Shown: piece after piece, positions 29,816 through 39,618 of the stretch | Position numbering within the stretch: the first letter of the stretch is position 1 | Layout: every line of letters starts with the position of its first letter | NCBI GenBank assembly: GCA_048885865.1 | Contig: JBHLLF010000009.1 | Location: 1-64,000 of the forward strand | Source of the DNA: Candidatus Hermodarchaeota archaeon | Lineage (GTDB): Archaea > Asgardarchaeota > Thorarchaeia > Thorarchaeales > Thorarchaeaceae | DNA length: 64,000 nt | Direction: 5' to 3' | Position numbers and translations under genes: made by a program | The notes under the pieces: model-generated | Told to the model about the DNA's origin: nothing | Database searches by the model: none | What the model saw: only the letters and a program-made list of their open reading frames with translations

Positions 29816-30101
29816 CTACCATCAAAATTCGGCTATCAATCCTGAGAAGCCATTATCAATACCTATCGGATGCGTCCAATTCTCGTTCCTCAGATTGCTA
29901 ATTCACTGGTACTCATTTGGTATGCTAGAACCCAAAGACTTGGGCAAAACACGCCGCTCAAGGTTTAAGTACGGAAAAATCCAATATTCAAATGACTGTG
30001 GGAGAGTTAGCATTCATTGCCGCCACCTCAATACACTGTTTCTACGTCCTAGTTTTCCTAAGGTCTACTCTCATAGTCAATTGTCTAATTGAGGAGAAAA
30101 A

Positions 30102-31532
30102 ATGGAAGATAACAGACGGATACGATTAGGAATAATGGTATCATTTACCATTGTGATGCTATTCATGACGGTCTCTGTCACGCCCGTAGCCGCATATGGC
30201 AACTCGAGTGGAGTCCGCTCTAACAAGACAGGAAATGACCCTCATGACTGGATTACATTCCGGGCTATCAGTATACTTGGCTCGGATGGATATTCGAAAA
30301 TCAGCGCTGAGGCCAACACTTACTTCGCGAAGATGCAGGAGGGATCTTACGATGCTGACTGGGGAGAAGGAGTCATTGCAGACCTGCCTGTTGCCGCCAG
30401 TGGACACTATTGTGACCCAACTACTGGTCTAGGTTTCAATCTTATTTTCCAAGGTGCTGGGAGCTATGCTCAGGGATACTTCGACAAAGCTGTGGATTTG
30501 TACGAAGGCGGGAATAAGGAAGAGGCATACTACAACCTAGGAGCTGCAATCCACGTGCTCCAAGACCTCACGGTTCCCCATCATGCACACATTTGGGCAT
30601 GGGAGCAGGCTGGACATACGACCTACGAAAGCTACATCAACGGAAAAGAATCCTTCATCAAAGGAATAGGCGGCCCTGGCTACTATGACATGGCTACAAC
30701 TGCAAATGGGTGGGTCCGCTACAACGCAAAGCAGAGTTATGGATACCACACTTATGTGAACGGTGCTTCAACTTCAGGCAACAACGATTACTGGCTTGCG
30801 GCCCGGAATCTCTTGCCTATAGCTGTAAAGACGACTGCTGGATTCCTGCGCTTCTTCTATGAGGAGGCCAATCAAGGGAGAAAAGAAGCCGAGTTCTCTG
30901 GAACTCTATACAGTACAGGGACATCATATGTCAACTATGTCGATGTGCCCTTTGGCGATCATACAATTGTACTGGTCGGCAATGAGCCTGGTGCAGATGT
31001 TGACCTCTATGTGAAATGGGGGGCAACGCCCTCTTACCCCTACACTGCATCTAGCTTGACAGGAGATTCAATGGAGAAGGTCACTGTACGAGGGAAAGGT
31101 CGACTATATTTCAAGGTCTACTCTTGGAAAGGTAGTAGCAGCTGGAAGCTAGCTGTCATCTACGGAAAACCAGACAAGTCAGAATCTATCACCAATTCAC
31201 TCAGCTATTCTTCTGATCGCACAGACACCTTCAGCCTCAAAGGAGGACAGACTGAAGGCTACATGATTGGCTGGGCATTCATGGCTGGGCCTGATGGCAA
31301 CGACTTCGATCTCTATGTACGATGGGAGAGAGCCCCTACGACTTCCACCTATTACGACAGAGGCTATACATCGAAACCTCAGGAGATATGTGATGCCAGG
31401 TCACCGAAGTACGCACCTTCCTCTGGATACCAAGTGAAGGGCTACGTCTATAGCTACAACTATCTCTTCTATGTGATGGCGAGGGCATACAGAGGCTCAG
31501 GCGACTACATGCTCCTGATTCTCATATTCTAG
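30102..31532 (+). CDS. Secreted zinc-dependent phospholipase C family protein with two PPC-type domains
   Basis: Signal peptide; HDWI, GSYDAD, HYCDP, LGAAIHVLQDLTVPHH, HTTYE; ADVDLYVKWG and NDFDLYVRW..APTTSTYYDRG. Confidence 0.82.
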   Translation: MEDNRRIRLGIMVSFTIVMLFMTVSVTPVAAYGNSSGVRSNKTGNDPHDWITFRAISILGSDGYSKISAEANTYFAKMQEGSYDADWGEGVIADLPVAASGHYCDPTTGLGFNLIFQGAGSYAQGYFDKAVDLYEGGNKEEAYYNLGAAIHVLQDLTVPHHAHIWAWEQAGHTTYESYINGKESFIKGIGGPGYYDMATTANGWVRYNAKQSYGYHTYVNGASTSGNNDYWLAARNLLPIAVKTTAGFLRFFYEEANQGRKEAEFSGTLYSTGTSYVNYVDVPFGDHTIVLVGNEPGADVDLYVKWGATPSYPYTASSLTGDSMEKVTVRGKGRLYFKVYSWKGSSSWKLAVIYGKPDKSESITNSLSYSSDRTDTFSLKGGQTEGYMIGWAFMAGPDGNDFDLYVRWERAPTTSTYYDRGYTSKPQEICDARSPKYAPSSGYQVKGYVYSYNYLFYVMARAYRGSGDYMLLILIF

Positions 31533-31550
31533 TGATGCTTTAGTTTGATG

Positions 31551-31598
31551 AGGGCATAGCAGGCTGTGAAATGCCGCTGTGCCCCTAGCTTCTTTTAT
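31551..31598 (+). terminator. Hairpin plus T-tract after the PLC gene
   Basis: GGGCATAGC/GCTGTGCCC stem followed by TTCTTTTATT. Confidence 0.45.
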
Positions 31599-31692
31599 TG
31601 ACTTGTGAAGATGGGCGGCTTCTTCCTCGTTGACACAAAGCCCAAACTATATTTCGGATTGTTAGTATCTTGACTTAATGAGATGAACAAAC

Positions 31693-31935
31693 ATGATGAA
31701 CAAGTTCCAAGACCTGATGAATGCCAAAGTTCCTGTACAGCTAGTAGTGGACGCAATAACCGATAGAGCGCATCACAAGGTTGTCAAGGGCAGAATAAAA
31801 CTTGTCACCAGGAACTACATCGAAATAGGCAGGGCGGCCACAGGAGATGAAAAATCCCAGTTTGGTACCGAAGAAGTCAGAGTCATAATTCCAATGGAGA
31901 AGATTGCCGAGGTAATATACTCACAAAGTGAATAG
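31693..31935 (+). CDS. Small hypothetical protein (possible Sm-like beta fold)
   Basis: KGRIKLV..NYIEI...VIIPMEKIAEV pattern. Confidence 0.6.
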   Translation: MMNKFQDLMNAKVPVQLVVDAITDRAHHKVVKGRIKLVTRNYIEIGRAATGDEKSQFGTEEVRVIIPMEKIAEVIYSQSE

Positions 31936-31953
31936 ACGTAAGCAGGAATGTGC

Positions 31954-32895
31954 TTAGTCCGGAACCCCGTGAATCCTAACGGCGTTCTCCCAATAGAGCT
32001 TGCCAAGAACTGATGCAGGCAAATCTAGACCATTGATGAAGGTCCCACCAGTATCTTTTGTGTCTGCATCATCGAATGGGAGGGGTCTTTCTCGGACATT
32101 GGTTTCCCATAGAAGCCTCTGGGCAAGATATCTTCCGGCAAAGTAGTCCTCACTCCCCCTGTTGTTCGACAAATCCGTACCAAACATGATTCTATCAGAA
32201 TACTTGAGCAAGAAATCACGAGCCTTTTCGACATCCTTGCTGAGCTCTCTTGCCATCCATCGGGAAGATGCCGTATCAATGACTACATTTGGAAATCTAT
32301 CCAACCATCTGGCAAGGTTTGAGAGATGATGTATCTCTGGCTGTGAGCCAAAGTGGGGAAGCTGGAAGACAAGGCGTGAATGGCGTTCTATAACATTCTC
32401 AAGTTGTCCAAGACTGTCCGCCTTGGTGCCGTACTTCTTCTTATCTTGATAGTGTAAGTCATAGTATGTGTCGGGATCGGCAACATGAAGCAGAAGAGGG
32501 ACTTTGTGGTCCTCAAGGGCCTGAAAGACTGGATCTAAGCGGAGATCATCAATGCTGAAGTCATCAGGGACTTCCTGATAGTAGTCCCTCCAACGAGGAC
32601 CGAACCACATCTTTGCCAGTCCGTAACCGTCGGGCCCAATTCTCTCAATAACTGCTATGACTTTGTCCACCTCAAAATTCGCAATATCACTAAGAGATAG
32701 ATACCTGGCAAAAACGAACCTGCTAGGAAACCGCTTCTTTATTGCTTCGAGATTACCCTCTCCATGCACAATAGCAACCTGAGAAGCGACGTTAAACTCT
32801 TCTTCGATCTTCACCATCTGCATTAGATCATCTGAATGACCGATATGCGTATGTGCATCGAAAATAGGCCCTTTGTATTTCCACTCTTCTGTCAA
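31954..32895 (-). CDS. Amidohydrolase family 2 protein
   Basis: DAHTH, LLHVADP, PHFGS, DRIMFGTD, KLYWENA. Confidence 0.9.
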   Translation of the reverse strand: MTEEWKYKGPIFDAHTHIGHSDDLMQMVKIEEEFNVASQVAIVHGEGNLEAIKKRFPSRFVFARYLSLSDIANFEVDKVIAVIERIGPDGYGLAKMWFGPRWRDYYQEVPDDFSIDDLRLDPVFQALEDHKVPLLLHVADPDTYYDLHYQDKKKYGTKADSLGQLENVIERHSRLVFQLPHFGSQPEIHHLSNLARWLDRFPNVVIDTASSRWMARELSKDVEKARDFLLKYSDRIMFGTDLSNNRGSEDYFAGRYLAQRLLWETNVRERPLPFDDADTKDTGGTFINGLDLPASVLGKLYWENAVRIHGVPD

Positions 32896-33054
32896 AATTG
32901 ACCAATTCTGCGATATTATAGGTATTGAAAAGCGATTCCGTTCAGGACCTTCTCTCTATTGAGCTAGTCCAAGAGCTTCTCTTTGACGGTTGCCTTGTGT
33001 ATGACTCAACTCTTAAGATGGACTTTGATTTTGACGAGTCGAGAGAATTCAATC

Positions 33055-33885
33055 ATGACGCCAGTAGCGCTTGTGAAGTTCAAGGATAACCTGAAGAGCA
33101 CGCTCAGTGCAGGCCTGGACCTTATTGGTGGGTTTTCAAATCTGAAATCACCAATACTCATTAAGCCTAACATCTGCACGATTTCTGATTCTACTGGCTC
33201 GTCAGTCACAGATGTGAGGGTCGTTGAGGCTATTGTTAGACTCATTCTTGAGGAAGACAAAGGATTGGTCGTTAAGATAGTTGAATCAGACAGTCAGAGC
33301 AAATACGCAGATGAAGCCTTTGAGAAGTTCGGATATGCAGACTTGGAAAGGTCAATGATGAAGGAGGGGTTCGATGTGTCTGTGGTCAATCTTTCCAAAT
33401 CACCTCTGATCAAAGCGGAGTTCAAAGGTAGATATTTCGACAGGCCTGAGCTGCCAGAACTGCTGGTCAATCCCCATTATTTTGTTTCAGTCGCTGCAGC
33501 TAAGACGCATTATCTTACTACCATCACTGGAGCTTTGAAGAACCAGTTCGGAGTTCTTCCTAGGAAGGATCAAGGCTTCTATCATTCAGAAATTGATGAT
33601 GTGGTTGTAGACCTGAATAGTTTCATACGACCAGACCTGTGCATCGTTGATGCAAGATTTGGTGTGGAGGGCTGGAACGGACCCAAAACGCGACGACTTG
33701 ATGCATTCATCATTGGTTGCAAGCCTGCTTCAGTCGATGCCACAATGGCTCGAATCATGGGCTTCGAGCCAGGTGAGATTCCACATATACTGGAATCTAG
33801 TCAGCTAGGTCTTGGCAACATCGATCCAACCGTCTTGGGGGAAGCCATTGAATCAGTGCAGGTCGCGTTCAATCTGCCTAAATGA
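33055..33885 (+). CDS. DUF362 domain protein
   Basis: ILIKPN, KTH...ITGALKNQFG, PDLCIVDA, VDATMARIMG. Confidence 0.9.
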   Translation: MTPVALVKFKDNLKSTLSAGLDLIGGFSNLKSPILIKPNICTISDSTGSSVTDVRVVEAIVRLILEEDKGLVVKIVESDSQSKYADEAFEKFGYADLERSMMKEGFDVSVVNLSKSPLIKAEFKGRYFDRPELPELLVNPHYFVSVAAAKTHYLTTITGALKNQFGVLPRKDQGFYHSEIDDVVVDLNSFIRPDLCIVDARFGVEGWNGPKTRRLDAFIIGCKPASVDATMARIMGFEPGEIPHILESSQLGLGNIDPTVLGEAIESVQVAFNLPK

Positions 33886-34400
33886 CTATGTTTCTTATGC
33901 AACCCACTCAAATGACCAATGAAGCTCGAACTGCGAGGAGTGAAGGAACAGTGAAAAGAGTCCTATTCTTGTGTACTGGAAATTCAGCACGCAGTCAGAT
34001 GTCGGAAGCCCTGCTAAGACTACTGGGCGAGGATAGATTTGAAGCCTATAGTGCAGGTACACATCCAGCATCTGAAGTAAACACCTTTGCCCTAGAAGTC
34101 TTGAAAGAAAGAGGAGCCAGCATAGAGGGCCTCTTTCCGAAGACTATTGATCACTTTACAGGACAGGAGTTTCATCTTGTAGTGACAGTCTGCGATAACG
34201 CGAAAAAGGAGTGCCCGACTTTCTCAGGAGCGAAAGCAATGGACCATTGGTCGCTAGAAGATCCCGCAGCCTTTGAGGGGACCTATGAGGAGATTCTTCT
34301 AAAATTCAGAGAAACCAGAGATGAGATTGAGAGAAGAATCAAGACTTACATTCTCCAGGACAAGCTTGCGGAGGACCCATTGACAACACTCAGATTGTAG
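33882..34400 (+). CDS. arsC: Arsenate reductase / low-molecular-weight phosphatase
   Basis: VLFLCTGNSARSQMSEA, VTVCD...CP, HWSLEDP; true start probably GTG 33951. Confidence 0.9.
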   Translation: MTMFLMQPTQMTNEARTARSEGTVKRVLFLCTGNSARSQMSEALLRLLGEDRFEAYSAGTHPASEVNTFALEVLKERGASIEGLFPKTIDHFTGQEFHLVVTVCDNAKKECPTFSGAKAMDHWSLEDPAAFEGTYEEILLKFRETRDEIERRIKTYILQDKLAEDPLTTLRL

Positions 34401-34409
34401 ATTGGTACA

Positions 34410-36419
34410 CTAGCCCTCCTCTACCCAAGAGAACTTCCTCTGAAGAGTTGCAGGATAGACTTTTCGCCAAGGATACTCTACCTTCTGACACCATTTGTAG
34501 ATAGTCTTGGGATGGATGTATGACTTGAGGGCCGTTCCAAGGTTCCAAGTGCGACTATCCCGTGCGAGGGAATAATCCATCTCTATCTTGCGCTTCACCA
34601 ACTTGGCTTTTTCTAACCTATCCTTTGCGATTTTGACCGTCTTCTCAGCGCGAGTCATCCGTGCAGCAGACTTCTCTTTGAAGTCTGCAAGAGATTGTTG
34701 TTTCTTCTCAAGAGCTACTCTGCTTCTATTGTAGCGCTTTCGAGCCTCTGTAAGGCCCTCCTCCGCCTTATCCAAACGTATCCTACTCCGCTCTATACTG
34801 ACTTGGGCATCCTCTAGACGCTGCTTCTTGGTTGTCTTACCCTTCCTTTTGCTGCCTCTTGTTCGACGTTTTCTTTCTCGAGCATTGTCCCAGGTGATCT
34901 TGGCATTGTCTCGTTTCTCACGCCAAGCAGCGACTGACTGCTTGTTCTTCTCGACAATCTCCTTCTGCTTAGAAACTGCAGACTGACGTTTAGCGATATT
35001 TTCGTTCTCTTTCCTCTTCGCCGCTCTCAGACTCTTGCTCTTTTCAGTAAGTTGAGATTCAGCTTTCTTAACACGTTCTCCTGCCTTTCTGATTCGTTCT
35101 TTATAGCGGTCTGCTGATTTGGCCCATCCTTTCGGTGCTTGTTTTGTATGGTTCATCACTCGTGCAACTTCAAGATTGGCACGCTTCACTGCCTCTTTCT
35201 TGATGAATTCCTGATCAGTTCTTTTGGCCTTGCTCCGACCAAGCTCCTCCTTCATTGTTAGAGTTGCATGAAATGTTCTGAAGACTTTAGCAGTGAGGTC
35301 TTTGTCGAATCCGCCAAGGAAACGGTTGACTTGTACACTTCCCACACTTGGGAAGATTTGTGCAGGTTTTTTCGGGTCTACACGAGTGCTTTTGCTCTTC
35401 CGCGTCCTGAAGGACTCCAATCTCTCCACTGCATTGCTATAGAGTTCTACGAACACCTCGTAGACGTCCGGGGGCATCTCTAACTCTTTATGCCATGCAA
35501 CACTATCCTTGCCAAGGAAGTCGAATACAACTGAGTTCGTTGTGAATGTGAGGTGCTCAACTCTGAGAGTCGTTGCACCCACGGTATCAGCTTCATCAGG
35601 ATCTTTCTCATCACCAACTCGGAGACTAAGTCTATCAATGAGATAACAGGCAGCAGCTACCATTCTTGTCTTTGGGCTGCTGGAGTGGATGCCCTCCATG
35701 ATATATTCTCGAATCTCGGATATCTTTCTGGACAGTTTCATGGCCGTGTCGAACTTGGCTGCTTCACGTTCCTGTTTGATAGGAGTGCTGTCATGGAGCC
35801 AAATGTACTTTGTACTCTTGGTGAGTTCATCAGTCCATTTTGCCACCCACATACTATCTGGAGCCCACTCAATCTTGGCCCAGTCACCCTCCGGGACCTC
35901 GGTATCAGGACTCAGGTTCAAGGTGATGTCTCGTTCTCTTGCACCCTGCTTCCATCGCCCTCGCAGGGGATGCTCCCCTCGACCCATAAAGATACCAGAT
36001 GGCTCTGTCTGGTAATTGCCAAGCTCCATGCGTTCTCCATCTACGAGTGCATAACCAAACTCCTCTTTCAGCCGTTCTCGTTCGGCTTTGCGAGCCTCCC
36101 TTGCGGCTTTCTTCTCATCCTTACTCATAGCTTCCTTTGTAGCACGTTCTTCTTCAACGAATTGGATTACGGAAGAAAAGTCGACTTCATCCAAGTCTAG
36201 CGGAGGTTCTACTTTCAGAGCTTTGCTGAAGTCGCTCATGAAGTTTTCAATGAAGACAGAATCCTCAACGTAGGGGGTGCCTAGTTTTCTCACCCACGCA
36301 ATCGCCATCTCTTCTTGAAGCTGATTAAGGATTATGGATTCGCCGCGAACAACTATCTCAAAATGATGTGGTTCTGGTGGGTCTAGTACAATGATGCCTT
36401 TATGTTCGAGGGACTCCAT
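34410..36419 (-). CDS. top1: DNA topoisomerase IB (eukaryote-like Top1)
   Basis: LEHKG, EPSGIFMGRGEHPLRG, LRVGDEKD, FDFLGKDS, AKVFRT, MNH, long coiled-coil linker, NLGTALKSYIHP catalytic Tyr. Confidence 0.93.
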   Translation of the reverse strand: MESLEHKGIIVLDPPEPHHFEIVVRGESIILNQLQEEMAIAWVRKLGTPYVEDSVFIENFMSDFSKALKVEPPLDLDEVDFSSVIQFVEEERATKEAMSKDEKKAAREARKAERERLKEEFGYALVDGERMELGNYQTEPSGIFMGRGEHPLRGRWKQGARERDITLNLSPDTEVPEGDWAKIEWAPDSMWVAKWTDELTKSTKYIWLHDSTPIKQEREAAKFDTAMKLSRKISEIREYIMEGIHSSSPKTRMVAAACYLIDRLSLRVGDEKDPDEADTVGATTLRVEHLTFTTNSVVFDFLGKDSVAWHKELEMPPDVYEVFVELYSNAVERLESFRTRKSKSTRVDPKKPAQIFPSVGSVQVNRFLGGFDKDLTAKVFRTFHATLTMKEELGRSKAKRTDQEFIKKEAVKRANLEVARVMNHTKQAPKGWAKSADRYKERIRKAGERVKKAESQLTEKSKSLRAAKRKENENIAKRQSAVSKQKEIVEKNKQSVAAWREKRDNAKITWDNARERKRRTRGSKRKGKTTKKQRLEDAQVSIERSRIRLDKAEEGLTEARKRYNRSRVALEKKQQSLADFKEKSAARMTRAEKTVKIAKDRLEKAKLVKRKIEMDYSLARDSRTWNLGTALKSYIHPKTIYKWCQKVEYPWRKVYPATLQRKFSWVEEG

Positions 36420-36585
36420 CTTAACGCCTCTTCATTTGGAGGATTTGGGCAGAAGGCCGGTCAATCAGTGTGATTTTGCAGCTCGATGTCGAGAGCAGAA
36501 ATGTGTAAACAAAAGGATTGTGCTAAGGGAGTCATCCAGAGCGATTAGTTTAAATCGAATCCGTCTGGTCTGCGCTCTAGAACCT

Positions 36586-36660
36586 GCGGCCATAGTCTAG
36601 GGGTTATGATCCGAGCCTTCCAAGCTCGTAACCCGGGTTCGAATCCCGGTGGCCGCACCA
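36586..36660 (+). tRNA. tRNA-Gly(TCC), intronless
   Basis: GCGGCCA/TGGCCGC acceptor, CGAGC-CTTCCAA-GCTCG, canonical T-arm, CCA. Confidence 0.96.
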
Positions 36661-36668
36661 TTCTCCTT

Positions 36669-37382
36669 CTATAGATTGTATCGAGCGTCGGCTACTCCAA
36701 TTTTCTTCGAGTATACCCAAAGCATTTCTGCACACACATGCCACGCCATCATTACTTCTGGGTCCAGCTCGATGTGATTGTGGAAGACAGACTTCACATC
36801 TTCGCTGAATTCACCATGTGGAAAAGCCCCTACACCAAGAATGACAGGAACTAGTTCATCCTCCGGAAATATCGACTCAAGTCCATCTATTGTCGTTTGA
36901 ATGCCACCCTCAACACACAGCGCAGTGATACTCTGAGGGCTATCAGCTCTGAGTCGGAGTACAAGGTCAGTAAGGGATTCATCTGTCACTCGAAGAAGAG
37001 GCTCACCCTCCTGAGGCACTCTTCCCATTAGCAGAAGCTGCTCAAAGAGACCTATGAATCTATCATAGTTTCTTGGCAAACGCACAGCTGGATTGACCTC
37101 GACTACACGACCGTCTAGAAGATGTAGATGGATACTGAGTGACCCATGCTTGCAGAGAGGGGTTTCCAGTAATGTCATTAGAGAAAGGAAAGCAATGTCC
37201 GGCCGCCCTCGGCGTTCAGTATTCTCTAATTTTGTCATGACCTGGCCATGGTATGATTGATCGAGGAGAAGTTGATTTGGTTTCTTTCCCCTCCTGCTGG
37301 CGTGTTTCTGAACTAGCTTGGTAGAACTCAGATGAGTAGGAACCAATTCGATGGCTGACTCAAGAAGGATGACATGGAGCAT
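36669..37382 (-). CDS. nep1: SSU rRNA pseudouridine N1-methyltransferase Nep1/Emg1
   Basis: ESAIELVP, RGRPDI, RLPRNYDRFIGLFEQLL, GAFPHG. Confidence 0.93.
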   Translation of the reverse strand: MLHVILLESAIELVPTHLSSTKLVQKHASRRGKKPNQLLLDQSYHGQVMTKLENTERRGRPDIAFLSLMTLLETPLCKHGSLSIHLHLLDGRVVEVNPAVRLPRNYDRFIGLFEQLLLMGRVPQEGEPLLRVTDESLTDLVLRLRADSPQSITALCVEGGIQTTIDGLESIFPEDELVPVILGVGAFPHGEFSEDVKSVFHNHIELDPEVMMAWHVCAEMLWVYSKKIGVADARYNL

Positions 37383-37459
37383 GACTGATCCACCTAATCT
37401 AGTGATAGCCACGAACGATTTAAGATGTATCGGACAACTCATCGATTTGAGGAAGTTCT

Positions 37460-37777
37460 GTGCCCAGAAGACGGACTAAGCAATCAGAAACCAAGCGTCT
37501 AGCCAGGGCCAGGATAGAGATACTTTGGGAACAAGCTTCGGAGATGGCTAAGACTGACCGAGAGGGTGCTCGCAGACGTATGCAGGTAGCCTCCAGAGTC
37601 GCACAGAGAGCACGTATCAAGGTTCCAAAGGACATCAGGAGAAAGATCTGTCGTCAATGTGGGATGGTGCTGATTCCTGGTGAGAGCTGCCGGGTAAGAA
37701 TGCGAAACAACCGAGCGAAACATCTCACAGTAACATGCATTGCGTGTGGTAATATCGCGAGATACTATGTCGGATAG
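37460..37777 (+). CDS. rnp4: RNase P protein Rpp21
   Basis: ARARIEIL, CRQC..VLIPG, TCIACG. Confidence 0.92.
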   Translation: MPRRRTKQSETKRLARARIEILWEQASEMAKTDREGARRRMQVASRVAQRARIKVPKDIRRKICRQCGMVLIPGESCRVRMRNNRAKHLTVTCIACGNIARYYVG

Positions 37778-37819
37778 GAACGCTAAAGTGGGAAATCCAC
37801 TCGAACAGGGCGACCAGAC

Positions 37820-38089
37820 ATGGGACTTGCAGATAGACCAGACAAGACGAGAATAAACATTGTATGGCAGGACCCAGCCATAATGCAGATAGGAAAGAGC
37901 GGACTCTCCGAAGGCATTATCAAGGAAACAAAGAGGCTCCTCAAGAAACACAAATACATCAAGGTACGTCTGCTTAGGTCCGCAGTAACATCGAGTTCCA
38001 AAGAGGAAGTTTTCAAGTCTCTTGTGCAAGGGACTGGTTCTCACTTGGCCGGCATACGTGGAAACACTGCAGTTCTGTATAAGCTGTAG
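37820..38089 (+). CDS. YhbY/CRM RNA-binding protein
   Basis: QIGKSGL, KHKYIKV, RGNTAVLY. Confidence 0.9.
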   Translation: MGLADRPDKTRINIVWQDPAIMQIGKSGLSEGIIKETKRLLKKHKYIKVRLLRSAVTSSSKEEVFKSLVQGTGSHLAGIRGNTAVLYKL

Positions 38090-38215
38090 ACAGTTTCCTT
38101 GGCACGTTGCGACAACCTTTTATGCGGACTAATTTTGACGAGGGCAGCCTTCTGAGGTAGGCCACTTGCCCAGTCTATGTGCGGTGACCCCCTCAAATGA
38201 AATGGTGACAGACAG

Positions 38216-38668
38216 ATGCCTACGGTCTATGATATCCCATCTACCGTCATGATACGACGACTTGCACAGGACCTTAGGTCTCGGGATGAGATCAAACCTC
38301 CGGAATGGGCCCTCTTTGCGAAGACTGGTGCACATAAGGAGCGATCACCAGATGATCCAGACTGGTGGTATGTGAGGTGCGCCAGCATTCTCAGAAAGGT
38401 CTATCTCAGGGGTCCGATAGGAACAGAACGTCTCCGTATTGACTATGGCGGCAAGAAACGGCGTGGTGCAAAGCCGAATAAGTTCCACAAAGGAAGTGGA
38501 GCAATTGTACGGACTGCCTTGCAACAGCTGGAAAGAGCAGGCTTCATCATGAAGCAGGGAAAGAAAGGCCGCGAGATGACCAACATAGGCAGGTCATACA
38601 TGGACAAGCTGTCTGCAGCTCTGAAGAAGGAGCTCTCGAAGGCGATACCTGAGCTGGAGAACTACTAG
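38216..38668 (+). CDS. rps19e: 30S ribosomal protein S19e
   Basis: PEWA.FAKTG.HKE..P, WWYVRCASILRKVY, GSGAIVR. Confidence 0.97.
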   Translation: MPTVYDIPSTVMIRRLAQDLRSRDEIKPPEWALFAKTGAHKERSPDDPDWWYVRCASILRKVYLRGPIGTERLRIDYGGKKRRGAKPNKFHKGSGAIVRTALQQLERAGFIMKQGKKGREMTNIGRSYMDKLSAALKKELSKAIPELENY

Positions 38669-38688
38669 ACGCCTTTTAGGCGTGGTAG

Positions 38689-39027
38689 GTGAGTGTGCTG
38701 AGCGACGAGGAGCTTGATGAGATTCGAAGGAGGAAACTTGCATCTCTGAGAGAAGAAGCCCTTGAAGAACAAGTTAGGGAACAACAGATTGCTGAGGCAC
38801 AGGCGCAGAAGGAGGCAATTCTACGACAGATATTGACTCCCGAGGCCCGTTCTAGGCTCACGAACATCAGAATGGTCAAGCCCCAAGTTGCAGAACAGAT
38901 TGAGTTGCAGCTCATTCAGCTGGCTTCATCTGGAAGGCTGAGGGCGAGAGTGACTGATGAACAATTGAAGAAACTGCTCCAACAGATAACTGGAAAGGAA
39001 CGAGAGAGGAAAATCTCGTTTAGATAG
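38689..39027 (+). CDS. PDCD5 / dsDNA-binding protein
   Basis: LRQILTPEARSRL.NI. Confidence 0.93.
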   Translation: MSVLSDEELDEIRRRKLASLREEALEEQVREQQIAEAQAQKEAILRQILTPEARSRLTNIRMVKPQVAEQIELQLIQLASSGRLRARVTDEQLKKLLQQITGKERERKISFR

Positions 39028-39045
39028 CTGCGTAAGGTGAAAGAA

Positions 39046-39201
39046 ATGGCAAGGAACAAACCCCTCGCGAAGAAACTCAGGATGGCAAGAGCACTCAAGA
39101 GTAATTCCTCAGTGCCCACCTGGGCTGTAGTTAAGACTGGTGGGAAAGTAAGAAGAACACCCAAGCAGCGAAACTGGCGCGAAACCAAACTCAAACCGTA
39201 G
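39046..39201 (+). CDS. rpl39e: 50S ribosomal protein L39e (missing from ORF track)
   Basis: [51 protein letters not shown]; AGGTGA SD. Confidence 0.96.
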   Translation: MARNKPLAKKLRMARALKSNSSVPTWAVVKTGGKVRRTPKQRNWRETKLKP

Positions 39202-39214
39202 TCAGGTGTGCTAA

Positions 39215-39613
39215 ATGATTGATGAGAAAGAGATTGAGGAGATTCCTGAACTCGAAGAGATAGAAGAGATTGGCGAGGATGAGGAGATCGAAGCTGTAGA
39301 GGATAGGCCAGATGCTGAGGAAGTTGAACCCGCTGAAGTCGTTCCAGAGGAAGAAATCATCGATGAACGAATCTACACAGTACCCCTGAGAAAAGCATAC
39401 TGGACTGGCAGCAGACTCCGTAGGTCTAATAGGGCCGTAAGAATACTCAGAGAGTTCGTAGAACGTCACATGAAGCCCGAAGAGGTTGTGATTCAACCTG
39501 AGGTGAACGAGAGAATCTGGGAGAGAGGGATCCAGAAGCCTCCACGAAGGATAAGAATTCGGGCAACCAAAAACTCAGATAACCTTGTCCGAGTTTATCT
39601 GGCAGAGGGATAG
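39215..39613 (+). CDS. rpl31e: 50S ribosomal protein L31e with acidic N-terminal extension
   Basis: ERIYTVPLR, RAV..LREFV.RHMK, IWERGIQKPP. Confidence 0.95.
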   Translation: MIDEKEIEEIPELEEIEEIGEDEEIEAVEDRPDAEEVEPAEVVPEEEIIDERIYTVPLRKAYWTGSRLRRSNRAVRILREFVERHMKPEEVVIQPEVNERIWERGIQKPPRRIRIRATKNSDNLVRVYLAEG

Positions 39614-39618
39614 TATAA

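Noticed and set aside
35553-36200. Long antisense or shadow ORFs (also 39447-40061, 37499-38044, 46325-46807)
   Set aside because: Opposite-strand shadows of well-supported genes with no motifs.
34410-36419. Top1B as the cassette recombinase
   Set aside because: It shares a fold with tyrosine recombinases but is a typical housekeeping topoisomerase with no link to the repeats.
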